DNA from: an uncultured Pelagibacteraceae bacterium
GTDB taxonomy: Bacteria; Pseudomonadota; Alphaproteobacteria; Pelagibacterales; Pelagibacteraceae
Length of the DNA: 64,000 nucleotides
NCBI GenBank assembly: GCA_902580135.1
Contig: CACHJL010000002.1
Coordinates: forward strand, 6,872 to 70,871
Reading direction: 5' to 3'
The notes under the pieces are model-generated. The model was given only the letters and a program-made list of their open reading frames with translations. It was not told the origin of the DNA and ran no database searches. The translations under genes were made by a program, and so were the position numbers. Within the stretch, counting starts at the first letter, position 1. The number at the start of each line of letters is the position of its first letter. Shown here piece by piece: positions 29,389 to 39,401 of the stretch.

Positions 29389-30623
29389 TAAATATCTTCT
29401 AAAGGATGATGAGACATAAGTTCAAGATTATTTTGTCCCACTAAATATTGTTGTTCCAGTTTTACACCTTCATTTCCACCAACTTTTCCGATATAACTTT
29501 CAACAGTAATTGTCATATTTTTTTCAAATATACCATTTCTTTCTCCGCCATCTGTGGGATATCTAATAGCAGGCCACTCATCACATAATCCTATTCCATG
29601 AACCATAACGGAATATCTATTACCATAATATTCTTCCGGTAATACCCATGATTTCTCTGTAAATTCTTTAAAAGACATTCCAGGTTTTATTAATTTTGAA
29701 TTGTAATTTATTTGTTCAACTGCAGTTAAATATAATTTTTTTTGATTATCACTAAATTTATTTCCTTCAACATAAGTTCTAGATATATCTGCGCAGTATC
29801 CATAAGGCCCAACCATATCAGTATCAAATGAAACAATTTCGCCTTTTTGAATTATTTTATTACTACTCTCTTGCATCCATGGATTAGTCCTTTCACCTGA
29901 TGACAAAATTCTACATTCAATCCATTCTCCTCCATGTTCAATATTAGTTTTATGCAAAATAGACCAGAGTTCATCTTCTGTCATACCGGCTTTTAATTCG
30001 TCTCTCATTTTACTAATACCAATTTCTGCAACATCAATTGCTGCTTTCATACATTTTAACTCTTCTGGTGATTTAATTACTCTAGCTTGCTCTAAAATTA
30101 ATTTTGCATCAACGACTTCAATGCCAATTTTATTTAATGAAGATACAGCAGGTCCGTTTATGACATCAATTGCTATTTTTTTAGTTTTAAAATAAGAATT
30201 TGATAAATCATTTATTTCATTAATCCATTTTTTTAATTGATTGTTTGCTTGATCGCCGTTACTAAAATAATCCCATGTAATCGAAGGTCTTATTTCATCT
30301 ATTAAATTTAAATGTTCAGAAAGTTTTTCACAATTAAAATATTCATAAAGTATTACTGGACCACTAACTGGAACAAAACAATACCTTGTTAAATTATGCA
30401 TATTATAGACACTCATATTAACTGTGTCTAAAGCATATCTAAGGTTTACTGGATCAAATAGCATGCAAGCTTCTAGATTATTTTTTTCTAACTCTTTTTT
30501 TACTCTGTCGAGTCTATATGATCTTAGTTTATTAAAATCTATTTCGTCTTCTTTAAATCTTTTTTTGGTAATAAAATTTTTTTTTGGTTTTATCTCAGGA
30601 TTTATTCTTCTATTAAATTTCAT
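29388..30623 (-). CDS. M24 metallopeptidase-fold protein, DddP (DMSP lyase)-like
   Basis: FDPVNLRYA, LSSGERTNPW, DTDMVGPYGYCADISR, HGIGLCDEWP, VKLEQQ. Confidence 0.75.
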   Translation of the reverse strand: MKFNRRINPEIKPKKNFITKKRFKEDEIDFNKLRSYRLDRVKKELEKNNLEACMLFDPVNLRYALDTVNMSVYNMHNLTRYCFVPVSGPVILYEYFNCEKLSEHLNLIDEIRPSITWDYFSNGDQANNQLKKWINEINDLSNSYFKTKKIAIDVINGPAVSSLNKIGIEVVDAKLILEQARVIKSPEELKCMKAAIDVAEIGISKMRDELKAGMTEDELWSILHKTNIEHGGEWIECRILSSGERTNPWMQESSNKIIQKGEIVSFDTDMVGPYGYCADISRTYVEGNKFSDNQKKLYLTAVEQINYNSKLIKPGMSFKEFTEKSWVLPEEYYGNRYSVMVHGIGLCDEWPAIRYPTDGGERNGIFEKNMTITVESYIGKVGGNEGVKLEQQYLVGQNNLELMSHHPLEDI

Positions 30624-30627
30624 TCAA

Positions 30628-31068
30628 TTAAAGCATCTGAATACCAACGCCAGTTTTTGGATATGTATACAAATTATAATTTGCGCACAACTCTTCGCCT
30701 ACCTTTATGTCTTTAATAGATACCATAAACATATATTTAGCATCAGATTTTTCTTGCAAATTGTAATACATATTTTCTCTATTAGTGTCATTTTCATCAA
30801 ATTTTTTTGCTTTTGCGCTAGTGTCTATAGGGTCTCCAAATTTTAAAGTGGGTAATACATTTGATACCATTCTCATCACAGTTGGTTCATTTGAATGATT
30901 GTAAAAACCTCCTAAAGGAGTTCTAATATATTTATTTTCAAACTGTTCGTCTCTGATATGAGTAACACCAATAAAAGAATTTACTTTAATATCTATTGTT
31001 GCAAAAAGTCCCAATCCTTCAATTGGAGAATTTTTTATTGTCAGTCCGTCGGGTAAAGGTCTATACAT
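30628..31068 (-). CDS. SET-domain protein (putative lysine methyltransferase)
   Basis: SPIEGLGLFAT, FYNHSNEP, DIKVGEELCANY. Confidence 0.85.
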   Translation of the reverse strand: MYRPLPDGLTIKNSPIEGLGLFATIDIKVNSFIGVTHIRDEQFENKYIRTPLGGFYNHSNEPTVMRMVSNVLPTLKFGDPIDTSAKAKKFDENDTNRENMYYNLQEKSDAKYMFMVSIKDIKVGEELCANYNLYTYPKTGVGIQML

Positions 31069-31082
31069 AACTTTTTATCTTT

Positions 31083-32258
31083 CTATACAATATTATTGGC
31101 TACCCATTTATGAAAATGGTGTGTTGGATTATCCATAATCGGAGAAAAATTTCCACCATTATATGATGGTGAATTTCTACCTTCTTGCATTCCTTCAATT
31201 ATGTTCAAATCCTCTGTTTGTATTTCTTTCCATAGCTTAAAGTTTTGTTTCCTCAACGATTTAAATTTTTTTGAATTTGCGGCCTTTTCACCCACATAAT
31301 AAATTTCCATGTGTTCTTTTGTATATTTGTGGTCAACAGGCTCAAGCCAATAAGTATAGAAATGATCTTTATGTATACCCAACATTACATTTGGGAAAAG
31401 TGCAACATATTCCGCAATATTTTCTTTGTTCTTGGGCCAATTTGGAAAACATGGAAATTTTTCTTTTCCTTTAAATCTTGGATTGTAAACTTTTGTTCCT
31501 TGTCCAGCAAATCTATTTGGCAGTCCTTGAATATGATAATGATCATCAATTTTAGAATAAGAATTTAAACCTGGATGAACCCATGGTAAATGATAACTTT
31601 CGCAGTAATTTTCTATTGCAAATTTCCAATTGCAATTTACGTTTAAATTAAAGTATCCATAATCATTTGAATATACTATTAAATCTCTATCTTTAGTTGG
31701 CCAAAACTTTTCCCATCTATCGCTTAGTGGTTTAATATATTCATTAAATGATATTTCATTTTCACTAATATTTACAAAAATCATATCTAACCATATATAT
31801 GATCTAATTTCTTTCAAACCACTTTTTGATTTATCAAATTTTTTTGAAGTATGTTTATTCATTCCACCAAGATGCGGTGTGGCAACCAGATTTCCTGAAG
31901 TATTATAAGACCAAGAATGATAAGGACATCTGATGACATTTTTTATCTTACAGCTTTCTTGTAAAATTTTATAACCTCTATGACTACAAACATTATGAAA
32001 AACTCTGATTTTATTTTGTTTATCTCTCAATATCATTATTGGAATTCCAAGTAAGTCAAATGGTTTTGCATCACCTTTATTAGGCAAAGAACTCGCCACT
32101 CCTATTACAACCCATTTATCTTCAAAAAGTTTTTTTCTTTCTATCTTTGTATATTCTTTACTTGTGTAACATTCATTTGGAAGACCATGAGATTTTTCAA
32201 TTGGTTTCCTAACAACGTCTAGTTTTTTTTTTTCTATAATATTGTAAATTTCGGACAT
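31083..32258 (-). CDS. Rieske non-heme iron oxygenase alpha subunit (choline/betaine monooxygenase-like)
   Basis: NVCSHRG…CPYHSW; NWK…ENYCESYHLPWVH. Confidence 0.9.
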   Translation of the reverse strand: MSEIYNIIEKKKLDVVRKPIEKSHGLPNECYTSKEYTKIERKKLFEDKWVVIGVASSLPNKGDAKPFDLLGIPIMILRDKQNKIRVFHNVCSHRGYKILQESCKIKNVIRCPYHSWSYNTSGNLVATPHLGGMNKHTSKKFDKSKSGLKEIRSYIWLDMIFVNISENEISFNEYIKPLSDRWEKFWPTKDRDLIVYSNDYGYFNLNVNCNWKFAIENYCESYHLPWVHPGLNSYSKIDDHYHIQGLPNRFAGQGTKVYNPRFKGKEKFPCFPNWPKNKENIAEYVALFPNVMLGIHKDHFYTYWLEPVDHKYTKEHMEIYYVGEKAANSKKFKSLRKQNFKLWKEIQTEDLNIIEGMQEGRNSPSYNGGNFSPIMDNPTHHFHKWVANNIV

Positions 32259-32887
32259 TACTTAATTACTTCATATAAACCAAGCCAAGCATTAACATCT
32301 TTGCTCGCAATGTAATTTGATTTGAAGAATTCCAATTCTTTCCATTTATTTTCTTTATTTAATTGGTCAATTTTTTTGTCAAAACCGTACTCTTCATGAA
32401 TTCCTTCATTAATTGTAAAGCAAATAAGGCCATTATTTTTAGTAATTCTGATAAACTCATCTAATGCAGGAGGTTTAACATGTCCAAATGTGAATGTTCC
32501 TACGCACATTAATGCATCAAATGAATTATCTTTTTCATTAATTTCTTTATTTAGGTCAACTTTCTCTAGCTTTTGATACAAACCATCTGGAACTAAATCT
32601 AATAATTTTTGAGAAAGATCTGCTCCATAAAAGTTTGAGAAACCATATTTTTTTAATTCAACACCAACTAATCCTGTTCCACATCCTGCGTCATAGATTT
32701 TTATGTCTTTATTTATTTGATGTTTTACAAAAACTTCGGAGGTTTCTTTTGGGCCAGTATAATTCCAATCAACCATATCCTGATCATATTTATTATCCTC
32801 ACCCCATTCGTCATAATATTTCATGACTTCATCTGTTTTTTTAAGTTTGTATATCGGTACTTTGTTACCTACATCTTTTTGTGCCAT
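32258..32887 (-). CDS. class I SAM-dependent methyltransferase
   Basis: YDAGCGTGLVG, GADLS, GTFTFGHV. Confidence 0.88.
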   Translation of the reverse strand: MAQKDVGNKVPIYKLKKTDEVMKYYDEWGEDNKYDQDMVDWNYTGPKETSEVFVKHQINKDIKIYDAGCGTGLVGVELKKYGFSNFYGADLSQKLLDLVPDGLYQKLEKVDLNKEINEKDNSFDALMCVGTFTFGHVKPPALDEFIRITKNNGLICFTINEGIHEEYGFDKKIDQLNKENKWKELEFFKSNYIASKDVNAWLGLYEVIK

Positions 32888-35292
32888 TAGCTCCTCATCT
32901 TTTGTCCAGAAGGATCATAAAGTGGTTCTTTAATAATTGAGCAGTTAAAAAAGTCCCCATTTATTTCAACTTGAACACCTTTTTCAGATTTTAATTCATT
33001 TTGATCTACATAAGAAAACGCAATACTTTTGTTTACAAAGTGAGCAAAACCTCCCGAAGTTATGTAGCCAATGCTTTTATCACCTTTTAATACTGCTTCG
33101 TTATAAGTCACATCAATATCGTTTGTTTCCACTATTAATGGAACTAATTTATTTTTACTTTCATCTTTTTGTGCATAATCTTTTCCAATAAAATCTTTAT
33201 CCCAATTTATAAAAATATCTAAACCAGTTTCTTTTGCTGTGAAATCGGGACGGTAATCTAATGTCCAAGCTCCCCAATTTTTTTCTAATCTCATAGACAT
33301 TAAAGCCCTTCCACCAAAAGGTTTTATATTAAATTCTTTTCCTGCTTTTGTTATTTCTTCATATAATTTTAATTGAAAATGAGGAGCTACATAAATTTCG
33401 TATCCAAGCTCTCCTGTAAAAGATATTCTATTTACTATTGCTGGAACTCCCGCTACAAACATTTTCCTAGAATCTCTAAATTTAAAACTATCGTTAGAGA
33501 CGTTTTCTCTAACAATTTTTTGAAGCAAATCTCTAGATTTAGGACCTGCTATGCTAAGTCCATGGAATTCATCAGATCTATTTTTGTATTGTAAATTAAA
33601 TTTTTCTAAATGACTTTCAAACCATCTTCTATGCATTTCTTGTGCTGCTCCAGATCCAAAAATCATGAATTCATTTTCGTCTAAAGATGCAACAGTTAAA
33701 TCGCCGTAGAGTTTTCCCCTATATGTAAGCATTGGTGTTAAAGAAATTCTTCCAGGCTTTGGTAATTTGCCTGCCAAAATGTGATCTAAAAATTTTCTTG
33801 CATCTGGACCTTTAAATTCATGTTTTGAAAAGTTAGCTACTTCATTCACGCCAACATTTTCTCTTACATTTATTACTTCTTTTGAAACATAATTATGAGA
33901 TCTTGATCTTTTAATTGTTGGTTCTTCAAAAGCATCTTCTTTGTTATTGGCAAACCACAAAACATTTTCTAAACCAAAAGAATCCCCCATCACGGCTCCC
34001 TGTTCAACAAATCTGTCGTATAAAGCGGTTGTTTTTTGTTTTCTGCCTTTTGGTAAAGTTTCGTTTGGAAATGTCATTATAAATCGTCTTTCATAATTTT
34101 CTGAAGATTTAATCGTTCCATATTGTGGTGATGCATAGTCGCCAAATCTTGCTATATCCATAGCCCAAACATCAATTGATGGTTCGCCATCTATAATCCA
34201 CTCTGCAATACATTTACCTACTCCGCCACCTTGGCAGAAACCAGCCATAACGCCTACTGCTACCCAATAGTTTTTCATTCCAGGAACAGGACCAATTAAA
34301 GGACTTCCATCAGGACCAAAAGTGAATGGTCCATTTACAATATTTTTTATTCCTGCTTTTTCTAAAGCTGGCATTCTTTCAAATCCTATAGCTAATCTGT
34401 CTTGAATGTTATCAAGTTTAGGTTCTAAAAGTTCGTGTCCAAAATTCATTGGAGTCCCTTCTACTTTCCAAGGAGTAGACTTTTGTTCATATGTGCCTAG
34501 CAACATTCCTTTACCTTCTTGTCTAAAGTAAATGTTACCTTCAAAATCTGTTCCGATTGGAAGTCTTTGATCTCCCAAAGCTTCAATTTCTGGAATAGCT
34601 TCTGTAATTAAATAATGGTGTTCCATAGGTTGAACAGGTAAATTTAATCCAGCCAAATTACCAACTTCTCTTGCCCATAGTCCTCCAGCATTAATAACAA
34701 TTTCAGCATTAATATTTCCTTTATCTGTTACAATATTCCATGAACTATCTTCTTTTTGCTTAGTGTCTGTAACGACTGTATGAGTGTAATATTTCCCTCC
34801 GTGAACTTTTGCAGCTTTTGCAAAAGCATAGGTTACTCCTGAAGGATCAACCTCACCATCTATTGGATCCCATAATGCTAATAAATATCTAGAAGGATCA
34901 ATTAAAGGGTTTTTCTTTTTTACTTCTTCAAGAGAAATAAACTCCTGATCTAACCCCATATATCTTGCTTTTGATCTTTCTCTTTTTAGATATTCTGCCC
35001 AGACATCATTTGAAGCCAAATAAAATCCTCCACTTGGTTTAAATCCACAAGAATGGCCTGACTCTTTCTCTATTTCTTTATAAAGACCAATTGTATAGGC
35101 CATCATTCTAGAAATATTTGGATCGGATGAAATTACATGAACGTTTCCAGCTGCATGCCAAGAAGAGCCTGAAGTAAGTTCATTTCGCTCTAATAATATA
35201 CAATCTTTTAAACCAAACTTTGAAAGATGATACAAAATAGAACATCCAACAACTCCCCCACCAATAATTACTACCTTGGCATGTTTTTCCAT
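32887..35292 (-). CDS. dimethylglycine dehydrogenase-like (FAD oxidoreductase + GcvT)
   Basis: GGGVVG, SGSSWHAAG, SFTGELGYEIY, SMRLEK. Confidence 0.9.
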   Translation of the reverse strand: MEKHAKVVIIGGGVVGCSILYHLSKFGLKDCILLERNELTSGSSWHAAGNVHVISSDPNISRMMAYTIGLYKEIEKESGHSCGFKPSGGFYLASNDVWAEYLKRERSKARYMGLDQEFISLEEVKKKNPLIDPSRYLLALWDPIDGEVDPSGVTYAFAKAAKVHGGKYYTHTVVTDTKQKEDSSWNIVTDKGNINAEIVINAGGLWAREVGNLAGLNLPVQPMEHHYLITEAIPEIEALGDQRLPIGTDFEGNIYFRQEGKGMLLGTYEQKSTPWKVEGTPMNFGHELLEPKLDNIQDRLAIGFERMPALEKAGIKNIVNGPFTFGPDGSPLIGPVPGMKNYWVAVGVMAGFCQGGGVGKCIAEWIIDGEPSIDVWAMDIARFGDYASPQYGTIKSSENYERRFIMTFPNETLPKGRKQKTTALYDRFVEQGAVMGDSFGLENVLWFANNKEDAFEEPTIKRSRSHNYVSKEVINVRENVGVNEVANFSKHEFKGPDARKFLDHILAGKLPKPGRISLTPMLTYRGKLYGDLTVASLDENEFMIFGSGAAQEMHRRWFESHLEKFNLQYKNRSDEFHGLSIAGPKSRDLLQKIVRENVSNDSFKFRDSRKMFVAGVPAIVNRISFTGELGYEIYVAPHFQLKLYEEITKAGKEFNIKPFGGRALMSMRLEKNWGAWTLDYRPDFTAKETGLDIFINWDKDFIGKDYAQKDESKNKLVPLIVETNDIDVTYNEAVLKGDKSIGYITSGGFAHFVNKSIAFSYVDQNELKSEKGVQVEINGDFFNCSIIKEPLYDPSGQKMRS

Positions 35293-35301
35293 TAATTTTC
35301 C

Positions 35302-36348
35302 TTACAAAGTTTTTGCAGCGTCTGTATTATGTTTTTTTAATGTTTTGTCAGTTCCATGTGCATAGTGTTTGGACATGTCAGGGTAGTATTTATATGAAAT
35401 AGGTTGTCTACCTAAAGCAACTGCCATTTCTCTAACATGATGAGGTTCTGCCCCACAACATATTCCGATAAAGTTAATTTTTTTTTTAGCACACTCTTTT
35501 GCAAACTCTGCCATTTCAAATCTATTACAATACAAATTGTCTAATGCTACTGGGAACGCATTCCCACCAGGTATACAGTCACAACCTTCATCTGTTTGAT
35601 TTAAAAAACCAGGATCTTTTTCTGTAGTTCTATATGGAACTGGTAAAGCCGCAACATGACAAGAAACTGATTTTCTTATTTCTGGTAAAAGTTTCATTGT
35701 CATTTTTGGACCTCTGAAACAATTTAAACCAACAACGTCCGCTCCATTATCTTCAAGAATTTTGCAAGCATCTCCAGGTGATAAACCATCTCTTGTTTTT
35801 TCATCTCTTCTGAATGCATAATTACAAACAGCAATTAAACCGGCGTCTTTTATAGCTTTGAGGGCAATTTTCATTTCTTCAACCCAAGTAATTGTTTCAG
35901 CAACAATAAAATCAACACCAGCTTCTTTCGCCCAAGCAACTTGTTCTTCGAACATTTTTTGACATTCTATATTGCTTTTCTTATCATTAGGGTCGTAAAT
36001 ATTTGTATTTGCAACATCACCACAGACCAATAAATCTAAATCTTTAAATTCTTCCCTAGAGTCTTTGGCTATTTGAAGCGCATTTTTTTGAAGTGGTTCG
36101 AGCAAATGTTCTTTTCCAATTATTCTTAATTTTTCTCTATGACCATAATAAGTAAATGCTTGGATAACTTCACTTCCTGATCTTATAAACTCACGATGTA
36201 ATTGAGATAATACCTCAGGATGGTCTAAAACTACTTCAGGAACAAAAGCTCCAGCTGATAAATAACCTCTTCTTTCCATTGCAAATAGATAGCCTTCCGC
36301 ACAAAGAACAGGGCCATCATTAAGTCTTTTTATTAAATCTTTCTTCAT
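35302..36348 (-). CDS. bhmT: betaine-homocysteine S-methyltransferase
   Basis: LHREFIRSG, QAFTYY, GLNC, GICCG Zn ligands; strong RBS AAGGAG. Confidence 0.85.
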   Translation of the reverse strand: MKKDLIKRLNDGPVLCAEGYLFAMERRGYLSAGAFVPEVVLDHPEVLSQLHREFIRSGSEVIQAFTYYGHREKLRIIGKEHLLEPLQKNALQIAKDSREEFKDLDLLVCGDVANTNIYDPNDKKSNIECQKMFEEQVAWAKEAGVDFIVAETITWVEEMKIALKAIKDAGLIAVCNYAFRRDEKTRDGLSPGDACKILEDNGADVVGLNCFRGPKMTMKLLPEIRKSVSCHVAALPVPYRTTEKDPGFLNQTDEGCDCIPGGNAFPVALDNLYCNRFEMAEFAKECAKKKINFIGICCGAEPHHVREMAVALGRQPISYKYYPDMSKHYAHGTDKTLKKHNTDAAKTL

Positions 36349-36567
36349 AAATCTCCTTTTAAAATAAATTGTTATTTAATTTTTGATTAAAAAAAAATTT
36401 AAATTTTCTGGAAAGAATTAGAATGCAAATGATAGTAAAATCTATTTAAATATATATGATCAAAACGAGAATAACCCATAACTAAATAAATTTTTAAAAA
36501 ACTAAGTAATCCTTTTGACATTACAAAACCCTATATTTTTTTATAAAACAGATAAAGACAATTTTGC

Positions 36568-36584
36568 TACAACTTAAAGTTGTA
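36568..36584. promoter_or_regulatory. palindromic operator candidate TACAACTT-A-AAGTTGTA
   Basis: Perfect 8-bp arms in the divergent bhmT / SBP intergenic region. Confidence 0.4.
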
Positions 36585-36647
36585 TCATATTTGATTTTTT
36601 TTCTTTCCTATGTTCTGATGTATTATTAATTAAAAATGGAGAGAATA

Positions 36648-37667
36648 ATGAAAATCAAAAACATAATTCTTTCTGCTCTTGTTGTTTTTGGTTTAACTTC
36701 TTTAAATAGTATAGCCAATGCAGGTTGCGGAAAGTTAGTTATTGCCGAGCAAAACTGGGCATCTGCGGAACTAATGGCTAACGTAGATAAAGTTATTTTG
36801 GAAAAAGGATACGGCTGCGAAGTTGAACTTATTCCTGGAGCTACAATGCCTACATTTACATCAATGGATGAAAAAGGTGAGCCAGATATGAACCCTGAAC
36901 AATGGGCAAATGCAGTTTACACACCTTTAAAAAAAGCAGTTTCAGAAAAAAGATTAATCATCTCTAACAAAGCACCTATTACTGGTCTTGGAGAGGGATG
37001 GTGGATAACTCCTGGAACAGTTAAAAAATATCCCCAAATAAAAGGTATGACTGCAATGCAAATCCTAGAGCATCCTGAGTGGTTTCCATATAAAGAAGAT
37101 CCTTCTAAAGGTGCTTTCGTTGGATGCCCTGCAGGTTGGGGTTGTCAGTTAGCTAACGCAAACCTTTATAGAGCTTTTGAAATGGAGAAAAAAGGATGGG
37201 TATTAGTTGATCCAGGTTCTGCAGCAGGATTAGATGGTTCAATTGCTAAAGCAGCAGATTCAGGAAATCCTTGGCTTGGATATTATTGGAACCCAACATC
37301 AATTGTTGGAAAATATGGTTTAATAGCATTAGACTTTGGAGTACCTTTTGCAGGAAGAGATAATTGGGACAATTGTATAACAAAAGCAGAACAAGATTGT
37401 GCAGATCCTAAACCAACTGCTTGGACAAAATCTGAAGTAAATTCTATTGTAACTGCAAACTTTGCAAAAACTGGTGGAGCTGAAGCTTTAAGTTATGTTG
37501 AAAAACGTACTTACCCAGGTGAAGTAATGAATGGAATGCTTGTTTACATGGCTGATAATCAAGCTAAAGGTTCAGATGCAGCAATTGAGTTTTTAAAGAA
37601 ACATGAAGATGTTTGGAGTAAATGGGTATCTTCAGGTGCAGCTAAAAAAATCAAAGCTGGTCTTTAA
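36648..37667 (+). CDS. glycine betaine/TMAO-family ABC substrate-binding protein (ProX/TmoX-like)
   Basis: CG…NWASAE…GYGC, GCPAGWGC, GYYWNPT; GGAGAG RBS precedes ATG 36648. Confidence 0.85.
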   Translation: MKIKNIILSALVVFGLTSLNSIANAGCGKLVIAEQNWASAELMANVDKVILEKGYGCEVELIPGATMPTFTSMDEKGEPDMNPEQWANAVYTPLKKAVSEKRLIISNKAPITGLGEGWWITPGTVKKYPQIKGMTAMQILEHPEWFPYKEDPSKGAFVGCPAGWGCQLANANLYRAFEMEKKGWVLVDPGSAAGLDGSIAKAADSGNPWLGYYWNPTSIVGKYGLIALDFGVPFAGRDNWDNCITKAEQDCADPKPTAWTKSEVNSIVTANFAKTGGAEALSYVEKRTYPGEVMNGMLVYMADNQAKGSDAAIEFLKKHEDVWSKWVSSGAAKKIKAGL

Positions 37668-37680
37668 AATATAGTTTATT

Positions 37681-37716
37681 TAACGAGCCTATAAATAAAT
37701 AGGCTCGTTATTTTTT
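37681..37716 (+). terminator. intrinsic terminator/stabilising hairpin between SBP and permease
   Basis: taacgagcctat…ataggctcgtta followed by a T-run. Confidence 0.8.
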
Positions 37717-37725
37717 AGGAATTGA

Positions 37726-38610
37726 ATGGAATTTTTAACAAAATTTCCCGTAATGGAACGTACTTCCTTAATGGAATTAAGAAAGGGAATTGATTTAGCG
37801 TTTAGGGAATTTTCTAGAGCATATGGTGATGGAATAGAAGCGTTTTTTGACCCCTTATTATTTTTTTTAATTAGATTAGAAAAGTTATTACTAGCAACTC
37901 CTTGGCCAATAATATTATTGGTACTTGGAGTTCTTGCTTGGTTAGGCTCAAGAAGCTGGAAGCTTGTTGTTGGTAGCGTTGTAGCTTTTATGCTAATTGG
38001 ATATTTTGGTATGTGGAAAGATTGCATGGCAACAGTTGCAATTATAACAGTATGTACAATTATGTGTATAGCAGTAGGAATACCAATAGGAGTATTGATG
38101 GCAAGATCAAACAGAGTTGAAAAAGCTATGTTACCAGTTCTAGATATGATGCAAACTATTCCTAGCTTTGTATATTTAATTCCAATTTTAATGTTGCTTG
38201 GCATAGGTAAGATTCCAGGTTTAATTGCAGTTTGTATATATGCCATACCTCCAGTAATAAGATTAACTAATTTAGGTATAAGAGAGGTTGACAAAGAAAC
38301 TATAGAAGCAAGTGAAGCTTTTGGTGCGACTAAATTACAAAAGTTAAAAACTGTCCAAATACCTCTAGCTTTGCCAACTGTTTTCGCTGGGGTTAACCAA
38401 ACAATCATGATGGCTTTGGCTATGGTAGTAATAGCATCGATGATAGGTGTAAAAGGTTTGGGAGTGCCAATTTTGCGAGCAATATCTAATCAATATTTAG
38501 CTTTAGGGTTATTTAATGGTTTGGCTATTGTAGCTTTAGCAATTATTTTTGACAGAATCACTCAAGAATATGGTCGAAGAATCCAAAAACACCGAGGACA
38601 GATAAAATAG
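37726..38610 (+). CDS. ProW/OpuAB-type ABC permease
   Basis: LDMMQTIPSFVYLIP, EASEAFGAT, GVNQTIMMAL. Confidence 0.92.
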   Translation: MEFLTKFPVMERTSLMELRKGIDLAFREFSRAYGDGIEAFFDPLLFFLIRLEKLLLATPWPIILLVLGVLAWLGSRSWKLVVGSVVAFMLIGYFGMWKDCMATVAIITVCTIMCIAVGIPIGVLMARSNRVEKAMLPVLDMMQTIPSFVYLIPILMLLGIGKIPGLIAVCIYAIPPVIRLTNLGIREVDKETIEASEAFGATKLQKLKTVQIPLALPTVFAGVNQTIMMALAMVVIASMIGVKGLGVPILRAISNQYLALGLFNGLAIVALAIIFDRITQEYGRRIQKHRGQIK

Positions 38611-38672
38611 TTGTTAACTTTATAACTCAGATTTTTCTAGACAGTTATTTTAAAATAAATAAACATTCTTAA

Positions 38673-39401
38673 ATGAATTTTTCATTGGAAATAGGTCCAC
38701 AAACAAACCTGGAAACATTGCCCACTTTAAAGGACGTTTATATTACTTTTTTGCCTGGTGGAGATTTCAATGAAACTGCTTCTAAAGCTGATGAGTTGGT
38801 TAAAAAAGGATTTAATCCAATACCTCATTTTCCAGCTAGATCTATTGAAAATGATGCACAACTAAAAGAATATGTTTCAAAATGTAAAGATGTAGGCGTT
38901 AAACAGGTACTAGTTATAGGTGGCAGTAGAGAACCTGTTGGAAAGTTCGATAGCTCAATTCAACTTTTGGAAACAGGATATTTTGAAACAATGAAGATAG
39001 GAATCGCTGGACATCCCGAGGGGAGTCCTGATATATCCGATTCTAATTTAGAAAAAGCTATGAAAGATAAAAAGCCTTATGCGGACTATATAGTGACTCA
39101 ATGGCTATTAGATCCTCAATTAATTATAGACTTTATTTCTAAACAAACAATACCAGTTCATGTTGGAATTACTGGACCACTAAAAATAACTAGCTTAATT
39201 AAATTTGCTAATATTGTAGGTGCAAAAAATTCTATAAACTTTCTTAAATCTAATTTTAGTAAGGCATTAGATTTACTGAAACCTAAAGACCCAAATGACT
39301 TAATTGAGAAAGTTAAATCGCATACTGATTTCTTCCACATTTATACATTCGGCGGCTTGAAGGAAACAAACAAGTGGTTGATGGAGAACAAATATGTCTA
39401 A
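38673..39401 (+). CDS. metF: methylenetetrahydrofolate reductase-like protein
   Basis: PHFPAR, IAGHPEG, IVTQ, FHIYTFGG. Confidence 0.7.
   Translation: MNFSLEIGPQTNLETLPTLKDVYITFLPGGDFNETASKADELVKKGFNPIPHFPARSIENDAQLKEYVSKCKDVGVKQVLVIGGSREPVGKFDSSIQLLETGYFETMKIGIAGHPEGSPDISDSNLEKAMKDKKPYADYIVTQWLLDPQLIIDFISKQTIPVHVGITGPLKITSLIKFANIVGAKNSINFLKSNFSKALDLLKPKDPNDLIEKVKSHTDFFHIYTFGGLKETNKWLMENKYV

Noticed and set aside
36349-36480. SAM-V or SAM-II riboswitch upstream of bhmT
   Set aside because: Region is almost pure A/T with no recognisable pseudoknot or conserved core; an Infernal scan would settle it
36515-36547. TTGACA as a sigma70 -35 element
   Set aside because: No convincing -10 at 16-18 bp spacing
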